Below are positions 1-8,353 of a stretch of 64,000 nucleotides of DNA, piece by piece. Origin of the DNA: Bdellovibrionales bacterium (lineage in GTDB: Bacteria > Bdellovibrionota > Bdellovibrionia > Bdellovibrionales > UBA1609); NCBI GenBank assembly GCA_019637855.1, contig JAHBUX010000002.1, positions 194,806-258,805 on the forward strand, read 5' to 3'. A program made the translations under genes and the position numbers. Each line of letters begins with the position of its first letter. Positions within the stretch are counted from its first letter, which is position 1. The notes beneath the pieces were generated by a model that made no database searches, had not been told where the DNA came from, and saw only the letters and a program-made list of their open reading frames with translations.

Positions 1-233
1 GGGAAATCAACACGATGCTCAACTCAGCCTTCGGTCCGGTGGCGATTCGTAAACGCGCTCTGCAAGATCGTATCGGCCAGATGAATGACCAGGTGGCGAA
101 TAAAGAACGGCAATTGGCCAAGAAGGAAGACTCGCTACGTAACAAATTCGCGAAGTTAGAAGAGACGATGAGCAAGCTAAAAGGACAGATGGGCCAGGTG
201 GGCGCGATGCAAATGGGCGCACCACAGGGTTAA
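1..233 (+). CDS. fliD: Flagellar filament cap protein FliD, C-terminal fragment (5' end lies outside the window)
   Basis: The reading frame of ORF 15..233 is open to the left window edge. It has a coiled-coil C-terminus (DSLRNKFAKLEETMSKLKGQ). It lies directly upstream of fliS, as in the canonical fliD-fliS pair. The call rests on context plus weak motif recall. Confidence 0.6.
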   Translation, partial: EINTMLNSAFGPVAIRKRALQDRIGQMNDQVANKERQLAKKEDSLRNKFAKLEETMSKLKGQMGQVGAMQMGAPQG

Positions 234-258
234 AGTTTAACGTTAATGTAACCGATTG
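231..258 (+). promoter_or_regulatory. Sigma-28 (FliA)-like promoter candidate upstream of fliS
   Basis: TAAAGTTT (231-238) matches the enteric -35 consensus TAAAGTTT at 8/8. A 12-nt spacer follows, then aCCGATtg (251-258) against GCCGATAA. Caveat: the -10 ends only 8 nt before the fliS ATG, which implies a near-leaderless transcript. Confidence 0.4.
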
Positions 259-265
259 AGACAGT

Positions 266-658
266 ATGAAGAACGCGTATCAGAAGTACAAACAAACCAG
301 TGTGCAATCAGCCTCGAGAGAGAAGCTGTTGCTCATGTTGTATGAGGGCGCGATCCGCTTCATCAAACAAGCCATCATTGCGATCGACAATAAGAACATC
401 GCCGATCGCGGCGTGAATATCGGCCGCGCTTTCGACATTATCATCGAATTGAACAACACGTTGAACCACGAAGCGGGCGGTGACGTGGCTAAAAACCTCG
501 AGCAGCTGTATATGTTCATCAGCGAACAGCTGACCAAGTCAAACGCCACGGGCCAGAAGAAGCCCCTTGAAGACGCATTGAAGATTTTAGAGACGCTTTA
601 CTCAGGATGGGTGGAAGCGATCGAGAAATTAAAACGGGAAGAGAACGCCAACAAATAG
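266..658 (+). CDS. fliS: Flagellar export chaperone FliS
   Basis: 130 aa with a typical FliS sequence (YQKYKQTSVQSASREKLLLMLYEGAIRFIKQA ... NLEQLYMFISEQL). Size and position after fliD fit. Confidence 0.9.
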   Translation: MKNAYQKYKQTSVQSASREKLLLMLYEGAIRFIKQAIIAIDNKNIADRGVNIGRAFDIIIELNNTLNHEAGGDVAKNLEQLYMFISEQLTKSNATGQKKPLEDALKILETLYSGWVEAIEKLKREENANK

Positions 659-677
659 GTCATGGAGGGCCGAACGT

Positions 678-1100
678 ATGGATACCATCATCAACTTGCT
701 CAACGATAAGAACTACCATCTACAGAAGTTTCATCAGATGAATGAAGCCGAGTTGATGAATTTCAGCGAAGGCAACTTCGATGGTCTGGAAGTGTTCTAC
801 CAATCGCGCGAAACCATTCTGGATCTCATCCGCTGCATCGACCGCCTAATTGAAGCGGCTTCGGTGGCGCAGGACGGCGTTTCGGTTTCGGATCAGAACA
901 AACAAGATATGATCAAGGCCATGAATCAGAAGGACGATCTAGTCACACGCATCTTGGCGCAGGATCTACAAATCCTATCTCTGATCGAACAGGCAAAATC
1001 GAACATTATTAAAGAATTGCGTACGGTGCAGTCGGCGAAGAAAGCCGTCGGTGCTTACAAAACTGGCGACGTTGCCAACAAACTAGACGAAAAAGCCTGA
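678..1100 (+). CDS. Hypothetical helical protein in the flagellar locus (possible FliT/FlgN-like chaperone)
   Basis: 140-aa ORF with a GGAGGG RBS 8 nt upstream of the ATG. It is predicted to be all-helical and occupies the post-fliS position where small flagellar chaperones are often encoded. No motif recognised. Confidence 0.55.
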   Translation: MDTIINLLNDKNYHLQKFHQMNEAELMNFSEGNFDGLEVFYQSRETILDLIRCIDRLIEAASVAQDGVSVSDQNKQDMIKAMNQKDDLVTRILAQDLQILSLIEQAKSNIIKELRTVQSAKKAVGAYKTGDVANKLDEKA

Positions 1101-1186
1101 CGGTTGGTTGACGCTGGACCGGCGTTTCCGTCCCTCCTTAAGGCAAGATTCTTCCGTCTAACTCCGATCTATTGACTCTTCATTTT

Positions 1187-1202
1187 TGGCATCGCGGTTG
1201 CT
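1187..1202 (+). promoter_or_regulatory. Sigma-54 (-24/-12) promoter candidate
   Basis: TGGCAT-cgcgg-TTGCT matches TGGCAC-N5-TTGCW with correct GG/GC spacing. It lies 24 nt upstream of the GTG at 1226, and a GGGAGG RBS sits at 1215-1220. Caveat: the implied leader is very short. Confidence 0.5.
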
Positions 1203-1225
1203 GAACAGACTCCTGGGAGGCAACC

Positions 1226-2125
1226 GTGGAGATCCTAAGACACACGTCGAGCGAACTCGGCTCGACTGTCACTTCGTCGGCATTACAGACTAAAACTAAG
1301 GACGTACACCTCGACTTGGGAGACCTGCTTTGCATTTTGCAGATCACACCCAATGACAGTTTGATCGCGCTTGAGTTGGCGCGTCGGTTGGTGGCGGATG
1401 GCCGCCATGATGAGGCCGTGCGCATCTTACGCAATGTCGTCGACATCGACTATCGCTTTGAGACCATGAACGCTTTGGGACAGGCCGAGTATCAAGCCGA
1501 TCTCATCGAAGATGCGTTGGAACACTTGCAGCAGGCGGTGATGATCGCACCAGGCGAAGCTCCCGCACTGTTCGATGTTTTTAAAACTCTGGGCAATATT
1601 TTTGTTCGTCGCGGCGACTTGGATTCAGCCGAAGACAGTTACAACAAGGCTCATCGCTTACAGCCAGACTCCGATATTCTTTACGTCAATTTGGGAACTT
1701 TGGCTGTGCAACGCCAGAACTGGGACGAGGCGATTGAAAAATTCCGCTTTGCCTTGGGGCTAAACCGCAGCAACGACAAGGCTTGGGTTGGGTTGGCCAT
1801 CGGCCACCGCATGAAGGGCGATGCCGAGTTGGCATGGGGAAATATCGAAGCCGCTCTTGAATACAATCCATTGAACGAAACCGCGCTCACGTTAGCGCTG
1901 GATTGGGGTATCAGCGATAGTCGGGAATTTCGTGTACTCGAACTGTTGCGTGACTTTCTGGTGGAGGGCGGTTGGAGCGAGAAGTTCAGCTTGGCCTTTG
2001 CTTGGCTAAGCTTCCGCCGTGGCGATCGTTTTATTGCAAAACTGGAGTTGGAGCGCCTCTTGGCCGTGAATCCAGGTAATGCCAGTGCGGCCGCACTCAT
2101 GGCAGAGATGCGAGCTGTCGTTTGA
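1226..2125 (+). CDS. Tetratricopeptide-repeat (TPR) protein
   Basis: 299 aa with several 34-residue TPR-like units (e.g. FKTLGNIFVRRGDLDSAEDSYNKAHRLQPD, LYVNLGTLAVQRQNWDEAIEKFRFALGLNRSN, AWVGLAIGHRMKGDAELAWGNIEAALEYNP). GTG start with a good RBS. Confidence 0.8.
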   Translation: MEILRHTSSELGSTVTSSALQTKTKDVHLDLGDLLCILQITPNDSLIALELARRLVADGRHDEAVRILRNVVDIDYRFETMNALGQAEYQADLIEDALEHLQQAVMIAPGEAPALFDVFKTLGNIFVRRGDLDSAEDSYNKAHRLQPDSDILYVNLGTLAVQRQNWDEAIEKFRFALGLNRSNDKAWVGLAIGHRMKGDAELAWGNIEAALEYNPLNETALTLALDWGISDSREFRVLELLRDFLVEGGWSEKFSLAFAWLSFRRGDRFIAKLELERLLAVNPGNASAAALMAEMRAVV

Positions 2126-2736
2126 TCGAGACGATAACGGGCGACAAAGGGCATAAGGTCATTCGCCGCGCCGGCCGCCTCTTGGCCTCGGGCAGTGACC
2201 CGGTGGCCGAAGCCATTGCTTGGCTCGCCCGCCGCCGCGCCTTTTTAGATAAAGTGAAAACGGTTTTTGTTTTAGGTCTGGGCAGTGGTTATCACGTGAA
2301 CGTTCTGCTTTCGGCCACCTCGGCCCACCTCGTGGTGATCGAGCCTGACGCCGCTTTGATTGAAGCGGTGGCCGCTATTCATACGTTTCCCAAAAATCGA
2401 GTGCGTGTTGAGTGTGTGTCGAATAGCCGTAGCTTGCGAGCTGCGGTCAGTGTGCGTGAGGGGGTGAAGCAAAGCTTCGTGGTGCTGGCCCATCCGCCAT
2501 CTCAAGCCGATCGCAAAGATCTGTTCGCCGATTGCGCCGCTCAGTTGAACGGTCGTGATTGGGGATCGCTCACTTGGCAGTGGAAACTTAAAGAGGGGCA
2601 GATGCTCGATTCCACGCCGCGAGTCGATGGTCATACGGCCCTAACTATCTATGATCTGGAGCAAACCGAACTGGTGCAGAACTCCGAAGAGCGCGAACGC
2701 ATGTTAATTAAGGCCTTGCGGGAGCTGGTGAAATGA
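2122..2736 (+). CDS. Hypothetical protein with a Rossmann-like GLGSGYH motif (resembles the N-terminal module of Maf-type flagellin glycosylation proteins; tentative)
   Basis: 204-aa ORF. Its TTG start overlaps the TPR stop (TTGA) and its stop overlaps the next start (ATGA). The motifs GRLLASGSDPVAEAIAW and VFVLGLGSGYHVNVLL recall Maf N-termini from memory only. Confidence 0.55.
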   Translation: MIETITGDKGHKVIRRAGRLLASGSDPVAEAIAWLARRRAFLDKVKTVFVLGLGSGYHVNVLLSATSAHLVVIEPDAALIEAVAAIHTFPKNRVRVECVSNSRSLRAAVSVREGVKQSFVVLAHPPSQADRKDLFADCAAQLNGRDWGSLTWQWKLKEGQMLDSTPRVDGHTALTIYDLEQTELVQNSEERERMLIKALRELVK

Positions 2737-4253
2737 AGATCCTTGTCGTTAGCCTACTGCGCTTAGGGGATTTTATTCAGGTGACGCCGGTGTTGAGCGG
2801 CCTATCGCATCGCTTTCCTAAAGCTCGCATCGATGTGCTCACGCATAAACCCGTGCGTCAGCTCGAGCCAATGCTACCGTTGGTGACGAAGTGGTGGACG
2901 CTGGATCGCGATGAGCTGCAAAGCGGCTTAGGTCGCGCCGAAATTCCGATGCTGACTTCGTTCGCTGTTCTTAAAGAGCAATTAGATGTGGTGAACCTGG
3001 AAAACTACGATCTTATCATCAATCTTACGCAGACCCAGTTTTCCGGTTGGATCTGCGGCTATTTGCAATCGCAAGGCAAACTGGGATTGGCCTTTGATGT
3101 GCGCGGCCGAGCCCTGTTTCATTCCCCCTGGTTTCGTTACTTAGATCGTCGCGCGCAGATCAAGAGCGAAGATATTTTTAATTACACAGACATTTTTCTG
3201 CAAGCCTGCGAAGTGCAATACAAATCTTGGCCACTTACACCCACCTTTGCGGGTCAGAATGAAGTGAAGGCCTTGAATCTGGCGCGCAAACCCACGCTTG
3301 TGGCGCAGCTGTTTACCTCTGACGATAAGAAAAATTGGGGTCGGAGTGCCTGGATTGAGTTTATCCAACGCTTTAAAGCGCAAGAGCCGGCATGGCAGGT
3401 CGTGCTCCTTGGTTCTCCACAGGAAGAGGCCCGTGTTCGCGAGGTGGCGCGAGAAACTGGCGCACATGTGGCGATCCTTTCTCTAGATGGTGCTCTAGCT
3501 TTGTTACAGCGCTCGGATGTTTTGGTCAGTGGTGACACCAGCATTAAGCATCTGGCCAATGCGTCGAGCATTCGTGTCTTGGAGTTGAGCCTGGGTTCAA
3601 GTGACTTCTTGCGCACCGGCATTTACAAACCCGACAGTTTGATTCTGCAAGGCAAGCTGGCCTGCGCTCCGTGTCCACATAGTGGAGCTTGTTCGCAGCC
3701 CACACATGCGTGTGCGGAAACTTTGCGTCCTGAAACGGTGGCGCTCGCGGCGCAAGCTTTGGCTCATGCCGATTGGAAGACGCTTAACGAACAGTCCAGA
3801 GCCAACGGCCAGGTGACCTATCTGCGCACTCGTCATCTGGAAACAGGTTTTTGGTTTGCCGCCGATATGGCCGTGGGTCATCCGCTGCGTACGGTGGAGG
3901 CGATTGTAGAACGTTGCACATGGAAGTTCCTGCTCAATCAAGAATTCAAACGTCCTCTGGTGGAGTTCGGTAGCGAAACCGTGCGCCTTGAAAACGAGAT
4001 TGAGCGGCTTTTGCCTGGTTCAAGTCGCGCTCCTTTGCTCACGCACTTGGATTTTATGGAAGAAGAGACTGGTCGCCGTCACGACACGGCGGCACGAGCC
4101 CTTTCGCGTTTTGCACGCGAGCAGGCGGGCCGAGCGTTCGACTTGAGTCAGATTCGTCATCAGCAGACGCAGATGGAAGAAGACGCCCGGCAAGCTGAAA
4201 TCAAAGTGAAACTGATTCGTTCCTTGAAGACACGACTAATGGAGTCCACATGA
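2733..4253 (+). CDS. Glycosyltransferase family 9 (heptosyltransferase-like) with ~170-aa C-terminal extension
   Basis: The N-terminus MKILVVSLLRLGDFIQVTPVLSGL...ARIDVLTH and the later VVLLGSPQEE...VSGDTSIKHLANA are typical GT9 signatures. The protein is 506 aa, against roughly 320-360 aa for WaaC/WaaF-type enzymes. Confidence 0.8.
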   Translation: MKILVVSLLRLGDFIQVTPVLSGLSHRFPKARIDVLTHKPVRQLEPMLPLVTKWWTLDRDELQSGLGRAEIPMLTSFAVLKEQLDVVNLENYDLIINLTQTQFSGWICGYLQSQGKLGLAFDVRGRALFHSPWFRYLDRRAQIKSEDIFNYTDIFLQACEVQYKSWPLTPTFAGQNEVKALNLARKPTLVAQLFTSDDKKNWGRSAWIEFIQRFKAQEPAWQVVLLGSPQEEARVREVARETGAHVAILSLDGALALLQRSDVLVSGDTSIKHLANASSIRVLELSLGSSDFLRTGIYKPDSLILQGKLACAPCPHSGACSQPTHACAETLRPETVALAAQALAHADWKTLNEQSRANGQVTYLRTRHLETGFWFAADMAVGHPLRTVEAIVERCTWKFLLNQEFKRPLVEFGSETVRLENEIERLLPGSSRAPLLTHLDFMEEETGRRHDTAARALSRFAREQAGRAFDLSQIRHQQTQMEEDARQAEIKVKLIRSLKTRLMEST

Positions 4254-4429
4254 GTCATGAAGAGCAGTTAAAGGCCGCCTTGCAACGTTTGGAAACTTCG
4301 GTGCAGAAGATTTTAAGCACCCGCGGTTACGGCAAGGACGCCAAGCAGTTAAAACTTTTGCACGAAATGATTCGGGAGCAACTGACCAATGCGAATACTC
4401 GTTCTGCAACTCGCACGATTCGGTGATAT
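4250..4429 (+). CDS. Candidate 59-aa micro-protein between the two GT9 genes
   Basis: This ORF is below the 60-aa cutoff of the supplied track. Its ATG overlaps the GT9 stop as ATGA (4250-4253). Translation: MSHEEQLKAALQRLETSVQKILSTRGYGKDAKQLKLLHEMIREQLTN..., which looks helical. Its 3' end overlaps the next GT9 start by 41 nt. Confidence 0.3.
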
Positions 4430-6074
4430 CTACCAAACCTGGCCGTGCTTGCGCGCGCTTCAGCGCCACCACCCGGGCGCGGAGATTCACGTGCTCGTTC
4501 GCGCGCGCTTTCGGGCCGCGCTGACCGGTCTGTCGTTCGTGCAGGTGCATGAACTACCGACCGCGGAAATCTTGGCGCCGATTTTTGAAAACGCCGACGA
4601 TACGGCCGCCTTGGCTCGGCTCACGGCTTTCACTGAAGCGCTGCCGTGTTTTGATCGGATTATAAATCTGAGTTACTCACCGTTCTCCAGCTATCTGACG
4701 GATACGTTGAGTGGGGAGAACACACAGGTGCGCGGCTACACCCGCCACAGCGACGGATTTTTCGCGATTCCCGACGACACCAGCGCTTATTTCTACGCGC
4801 AGGTGGGTATCGGTCGCGCCAATCGCTATCATCTCACCGAGGTCTTTGCCGCAGTTGCCGAGGTCGAATTGCAGGACAGTGACTTTGCGCCTGCTGCAAG
4901 TGCTCCGCGTGGCGACAGCATTCTCATTCACCTCGGCGCCAGCCAGGTCGAAAAATCTTATCCGGCCGAACTTTGGATCGAAGCTCTACGGAACCTGCGA
5001 TCGGAATTTGAGGGGCAAATCACTTTGATCGGAAGCCAAGATGAGGTTGGCCTGGCCACGACGGTGACGCAAAGCTTGCCGGAGCTCAACAATCAGGTCG
5101 GTAAGACGCAGTTGGATGACGTCATGAAGCAGCTCTCTTGTGCGCGCCTTTTGATCGGAGCGGACAGCGCTCCTGTGCACATGGCGGCTTTGACAGGAAC
5201 GCCGGTGCTGAATCTCTCTTGCAGTACGGTGAACTTTTATGAGACCGGTCCGCTCACTGCGGGTAGTCGCATTTTATATGCCCCACAAATGAGCGAAATT
5301 CCCGCCGCGCGAGTGAGCGAAGAAATCCGCGCCATGCTTTGCGGTCAAGGTCCCCAGGGGCCGTGCTATGTGCGTGAGACGCGCAGCCAAGCTCCGCGTG
5401 CGCACGCGATTGAAAGTGATGACTTCGCATGGGATCTAATCCAAGCGCTCTACACGGGTACGCCTTATCCGAAGGCGGTGAGTGGTGCGGATCGCTTGGC
5501 CTTTCAACGGCTGTTCGAGCTGGCTGAATTGGCTCTGCAGCACATCGCCAATTGGGATGTCTCGGGTGCAGGCCCTCAAGTTCTTAGCACGGTCGATCAG
5601 ATGCTCAGCGAAATTCCGCGCTTGTGTCCAAATGTTGAGCCTGTGGTGCAGTGGTTTCAAACCCAGCGCTTGCGTTTAGGCCCGGATGTGGCGGAGGCCA
5701 CTCTTGTGGCCACGCGCCGTCTGTTTGAGGAATTGCTTTGGATAACGGCAGTTTACCGTGAAGAATCCCCGCCGCACGAAAGCGCGATCAAGGCCATTGG
5801 TTTGGCCGAAGCTTGTGTACCCGAACTACGGGAATATGACTTCTTTGGCATCGAGCCTCAGTTCCAGCGTTTGATTTCTCTCTTGCATGAACTGGCGCGC
5901 CACTCGACGAACGTCGCGGAAGTCTCCTGGTCTTCGGTCTTAACGGAGATTGAAGAGACGCTGGCTCGGCGGGATTTCATTCGTTTGGCCGATGTCTTCG
6001 AGTATGAACTCACTCCTGCCTTGCGCCGCTTTGCAAGTCGGAACGAGACAATCGGCCCGGACGTGGTATTCTAA
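4389..6074 (+). CDS. Glycosyltransferase family 9 (heptosyltransferase-like) with ~225-aa C-terminal extension
   Basis: The N-terminus MRILVLQLARFGDIYQTWPCLRAL...AEIHVLV and the later ITLIGSQDE...IGADSAPVHMAALTGTPVLNL are GT9 signatures. The protein is 561 aa. Confidence 0.8.
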   Translation: MRILVLQLARFGDIYQTWPCLRALQRHHPGAEIHVLVRARFRAALTGLSFVQVHELPTAEILAPIFENADDTAALARLTAFTEALPCFDRIINLSYSPFSSYLTDTLSGENTQVRGYTRHSDGFFAIPDDTSAYFYAQVGIGRANRYHLTEVFAAVAEVELQDSDFAPAASAPRGDSILIHLGASQVEKSYPAELWIEALRNLRSEFEGQITLIGSQDEVGLATTVTQSLPELNNQVGKTQLDDVMKQLSCARLLIGADSAPVHMAALTGTPVLNLSCSTVNFYETGPLTAGSRILYAPQMSEIPAARVSEEIRAMLCGQGPQGPCYVRETRSQAPRAHAIESDDFAWDLIQALYTGTPYPKAVSGADRLAFQRLFELAELALQHIANWDVSGAGPQVLSTVDQMLSEIPRLCPNVEPVVQWFQTQRLRLGPDVAEATLVATRRLFEELLWITAVYREESPPHESAIKAIGLAEACVPELREYDFFGIEPQFQRLISLLHELARHSTNVAEVSWSSVLTEIEETLARRDFIRLADVFEYELTPALRRFASRNETIGPDVVF

Positions 6075-6079
6075 AAAAC

Positions 6080-7972
6080 GTGGAAAAGAAGACCGTTCAG
6101 CTGCTCACTCGCGAGCCGGTACCCGCGTGGTGGACACGTTTGCACACATTCAGCCAGCTCGGTTGCGTCTTTCAGGCGGCCGAATACTTTTTGCCACAGG
6201 CCAGTGTGGTGCTGATTCCGCGTAAACAACTGACCGAGTTTCGTAAAGAGGAATTCTCACCTTCGAAAGCTTACATTCTGGTCGATGACGGTTGGACGGC
6301 GCAAAATCTAAAGCGCGCGTTGGCCACGCTCAAAGGCGCGCTTTTCCTCGACAGCAATCAAGATACGTCTGAAGTCAGCAAAGTGGTGCAGGTGGCATTG
6401 GCGCGCCAGACTGAGCGTGAGCGCCACGGCGAGCTGATGCAGATGATGCGCTTTCAAAACCGTCAGATCGAAGAGCTCAACCGGGGCCTTGAGCAGACGG
6501 TGAAAGAGCGCACCTTACACGACGCGGATTCGCGCAAGGCCAGTCAGAAAAATATCTCGCGCATGCGCGAGATTATTGGCTTTATCAAAGAGCTGGCGCA
6601 ACTCTTCGATATTTCGGATCTGCTGCCACTGGTGCGCCGGCAAGTGAAAGAATATCATTCGCTTGAGGCACCGCTTCTGTACGTCCCCCGGGGCGAAGAT
6701 TTTGGCGATCTCTACTACATTCGCGCTTCGCAAACCATTCGCACGCGGGTGCGTGGGCGCTGGGCTGTCTCTGCGCGTATCCGTGTGAACGAGGCTGAAG
6801 ACAGCCAGTTCTTGGCCAACGCCATGGGGCGCCCGTTCGCCAAAGTTCTGCGCTTTCCGCTGATCACTGTGCGCCATCAAAAGGATCCGTCGCGCTCACC
6901 GCTCTTGCTGTTTGAGCACAATATGCAAACGCGAGAGCTCGAGCCGCTGGTCGATAGCCTTTCAGAAAAACTGCAGCCGGTCAGCTGGGCTTTGGATCGC
7001 CTGGTGCTTGAACAAGAGCTCAAGAGCACGTCGCGCGATTGGGAGATGACCTTCGATGAACTCTCAGAACCCATCGCCATTTTGGATCACGATGGCCGCG
7101 TTCTCCGCAGCAATTCGCATTGGCGGGAGGATTTCCGCGCTGTTTTGCACAGCAAGAACCAGCACATTCGCTCAGGCGCGCGTCTGTACACGATCGAAAA
7201 ATACCCGATTCGCATGAATGAAAGCGCGCCGCCGTTGTCATGGGTGGTTTACCTGCGCGATGAAACGCGTTCGCGTCAGCTCAAGAGCCAAGCGGTGCAG
7301 GTCGAAAAAATGTCGGCTATCGGACAGCTGGCGGGCCATATCGCCCACGAGCTCAACAATCCGCTCACCGGTATTCGTTCACTTTCGCAAGTTTTGCTCA
7401 CGGAAACGGCGAGCGAAAGTCAGGTAAATAAAGATCTGCAAGAGGTTGAACGCGCCTCCGCTCGCTGTCAGGGCATCATCAACAATCTTTTGGATTTCTC
7501 TAGGGGCGGTCTGGAGCACAAAATCGAGATCATGGATCTCAACGAGATCGCTCGTCGTACTTTGCCGTTTTTGAAATCCGCGACCGGAAAGTTTCGCAGC
7601 GATATCCAACTCTCCGACGGAGAGTTGCCGGTGAAGGTGGAGCCCCATCTGATGCAGCAGGTGATCTTCAACTTGGTGAACAACGCCTGCCAGGCAATGA
7701 AAGAACAAGGTGAGATCGGCGTGCACACGCGCATTAGTCCGCCATGGGCTATTCTCGAAGTGAAAGACACCGGACCTGGTGTGGCTGAAGATCTCAAAGA
7801 TCGTATCTTCGAACCATTTTTTACCACGAAGGCGGAGGGCGAGGGCACGGGTCTTGGCCTGAGCCTCAGCCGTGATTTTGTCAGACAATTTGGCGGCGAG
7901 CTTGAGCTGGAGAGCGAAGATGGGCATGGTTCGGTATTTCGCGTGCGTTTACCGCTTGAGATCAAATTATGA
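6080..7972 (+). CDS. Soluble sensor histidine kinase (PAS-like + HisKA + HATPase_c)
   Basis: H-box is AGHIAHELNNPLTGI. The ATP-binding region shows NLVNNACQAM, DTGPGV and GTGLGLSLSRDFV. A PAS-like segment (WEMTFDELSEPIAILDHDGRVLRSN) is present. No obvious TM helix. GTG start. Confidence 0.9.
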   Translation: MEKKTVQLLTREPVPAWWTRLHTFSQLGCVFQAAEYFLPQASVVLIPRKQLTEFRKEEFSPSKAYILVDDGWTAQNLKRALATLKGALFLDSNQDTSEVSKVVQVALARQTERERHGELMQMMRFQNRQIEELNRGLEQTVKERTLHDADSRKASQKNISRMREIIGFIKELAQLFDISDLLPLVRRQVKEYHSLEAPLLYVPRGEDFGDLYYIRASQTIRTRVRGRWAVSARIRVNEAEDSQFLANAMGRPFAKVLRFPLITVRHQKDPSRSPLLLFEHNMQTRELEPLVDSLSEKLQPVSWALDRLVLEQELKSTSRDWEMTFDELSEPIAILDHDGRVLRSNSHWREDFRAVLHSKNQHIRSGARLYTIEKYPIRMNESAPPLSWVVYLRDETRSRQLKSQAVQVEKMSAIGQLAGHIAHELNNPLTGIRSLSQVLLTETASESQVNKDLQEVERASARCQGIINNLLDFSRGGLEHKIEIMDLNEIARRTLPFLKSATGKFRSDIQLSDGELPVKVEPHLMQQVIFNLVNNACQAMKEQGEIGVHTRISPPWAILEVKDTGPGVAEDLKDRIFEPFFTTKAEGEGTGLGLSLSRDFVRQFGGELELESEDGHGSVFRVRLPLEIKL

Positions 7973-8331
7973 AGGTGTTGGTGGTCGACGATGAAGCGCT
8001 GGTGCGCCTATCATTGAAACGCGCTATGGAAAAACGCGGCCACCAAGTGGAAGAAGCCGAGGACGGCAAGCAGGCGTTCGAGCGTTGGCCGTTGTTTCAA
8101 CCGGATTTGGTCTACCTGGACGTGTTGATGCCCCGTCTCTCCGGTCCGGATTTGCTGAAGACCTTAGGCGCAAACAGTCGCGCTACTGCCAAGGTCGTGT
8201 TGATGAGTGCCTTTACTGGAGAGTATGATTTAGAAAAAGCCAAATCGTTGGGTGCGGATTTATTTATTCCCAAACCTTTCGAAGATGTCTTTGCGATTGC
8301 TCAACTGGGAGAGGATCTTGTCCGCGGGTAA
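7969..8331 (+). CDS. Receiver-only (CheY-like) response regulator
   Basis: 120 aa beginning MKVLVVDDEALVRLSL, with DLVYLDVLMPRLSG (phospho-Asp region) and FIPKPF. No output domain. The ATGA junction overlaps the kinase stop. Confidence 0.9.
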   Translation: MKVLVVDDEALVRLSLKRAMEKRGHQVEEAEDGKQAFERWPLFQPDLVYLDVLMPRLSGPDLLKTLGANSRATAKVVLMSAFTGEYDLEKAKSLGADLFIPKPFEDVFAIAQLGEDLVRG

Positions 8332-8353
8332 ACCACAAACGGTAATTAAGAAA

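Noticed and set aside
3651-3730. The Cys cluster CAPCPHSGACSQPTHAC in the first GT9, considered as a novel metal-binding insertion
   Set aside because: From memory, many GT9 family members carry a C-x-x-C ... C cluster near the end of the canonical fold. It is therefore probably family-typical and not a separate finding.
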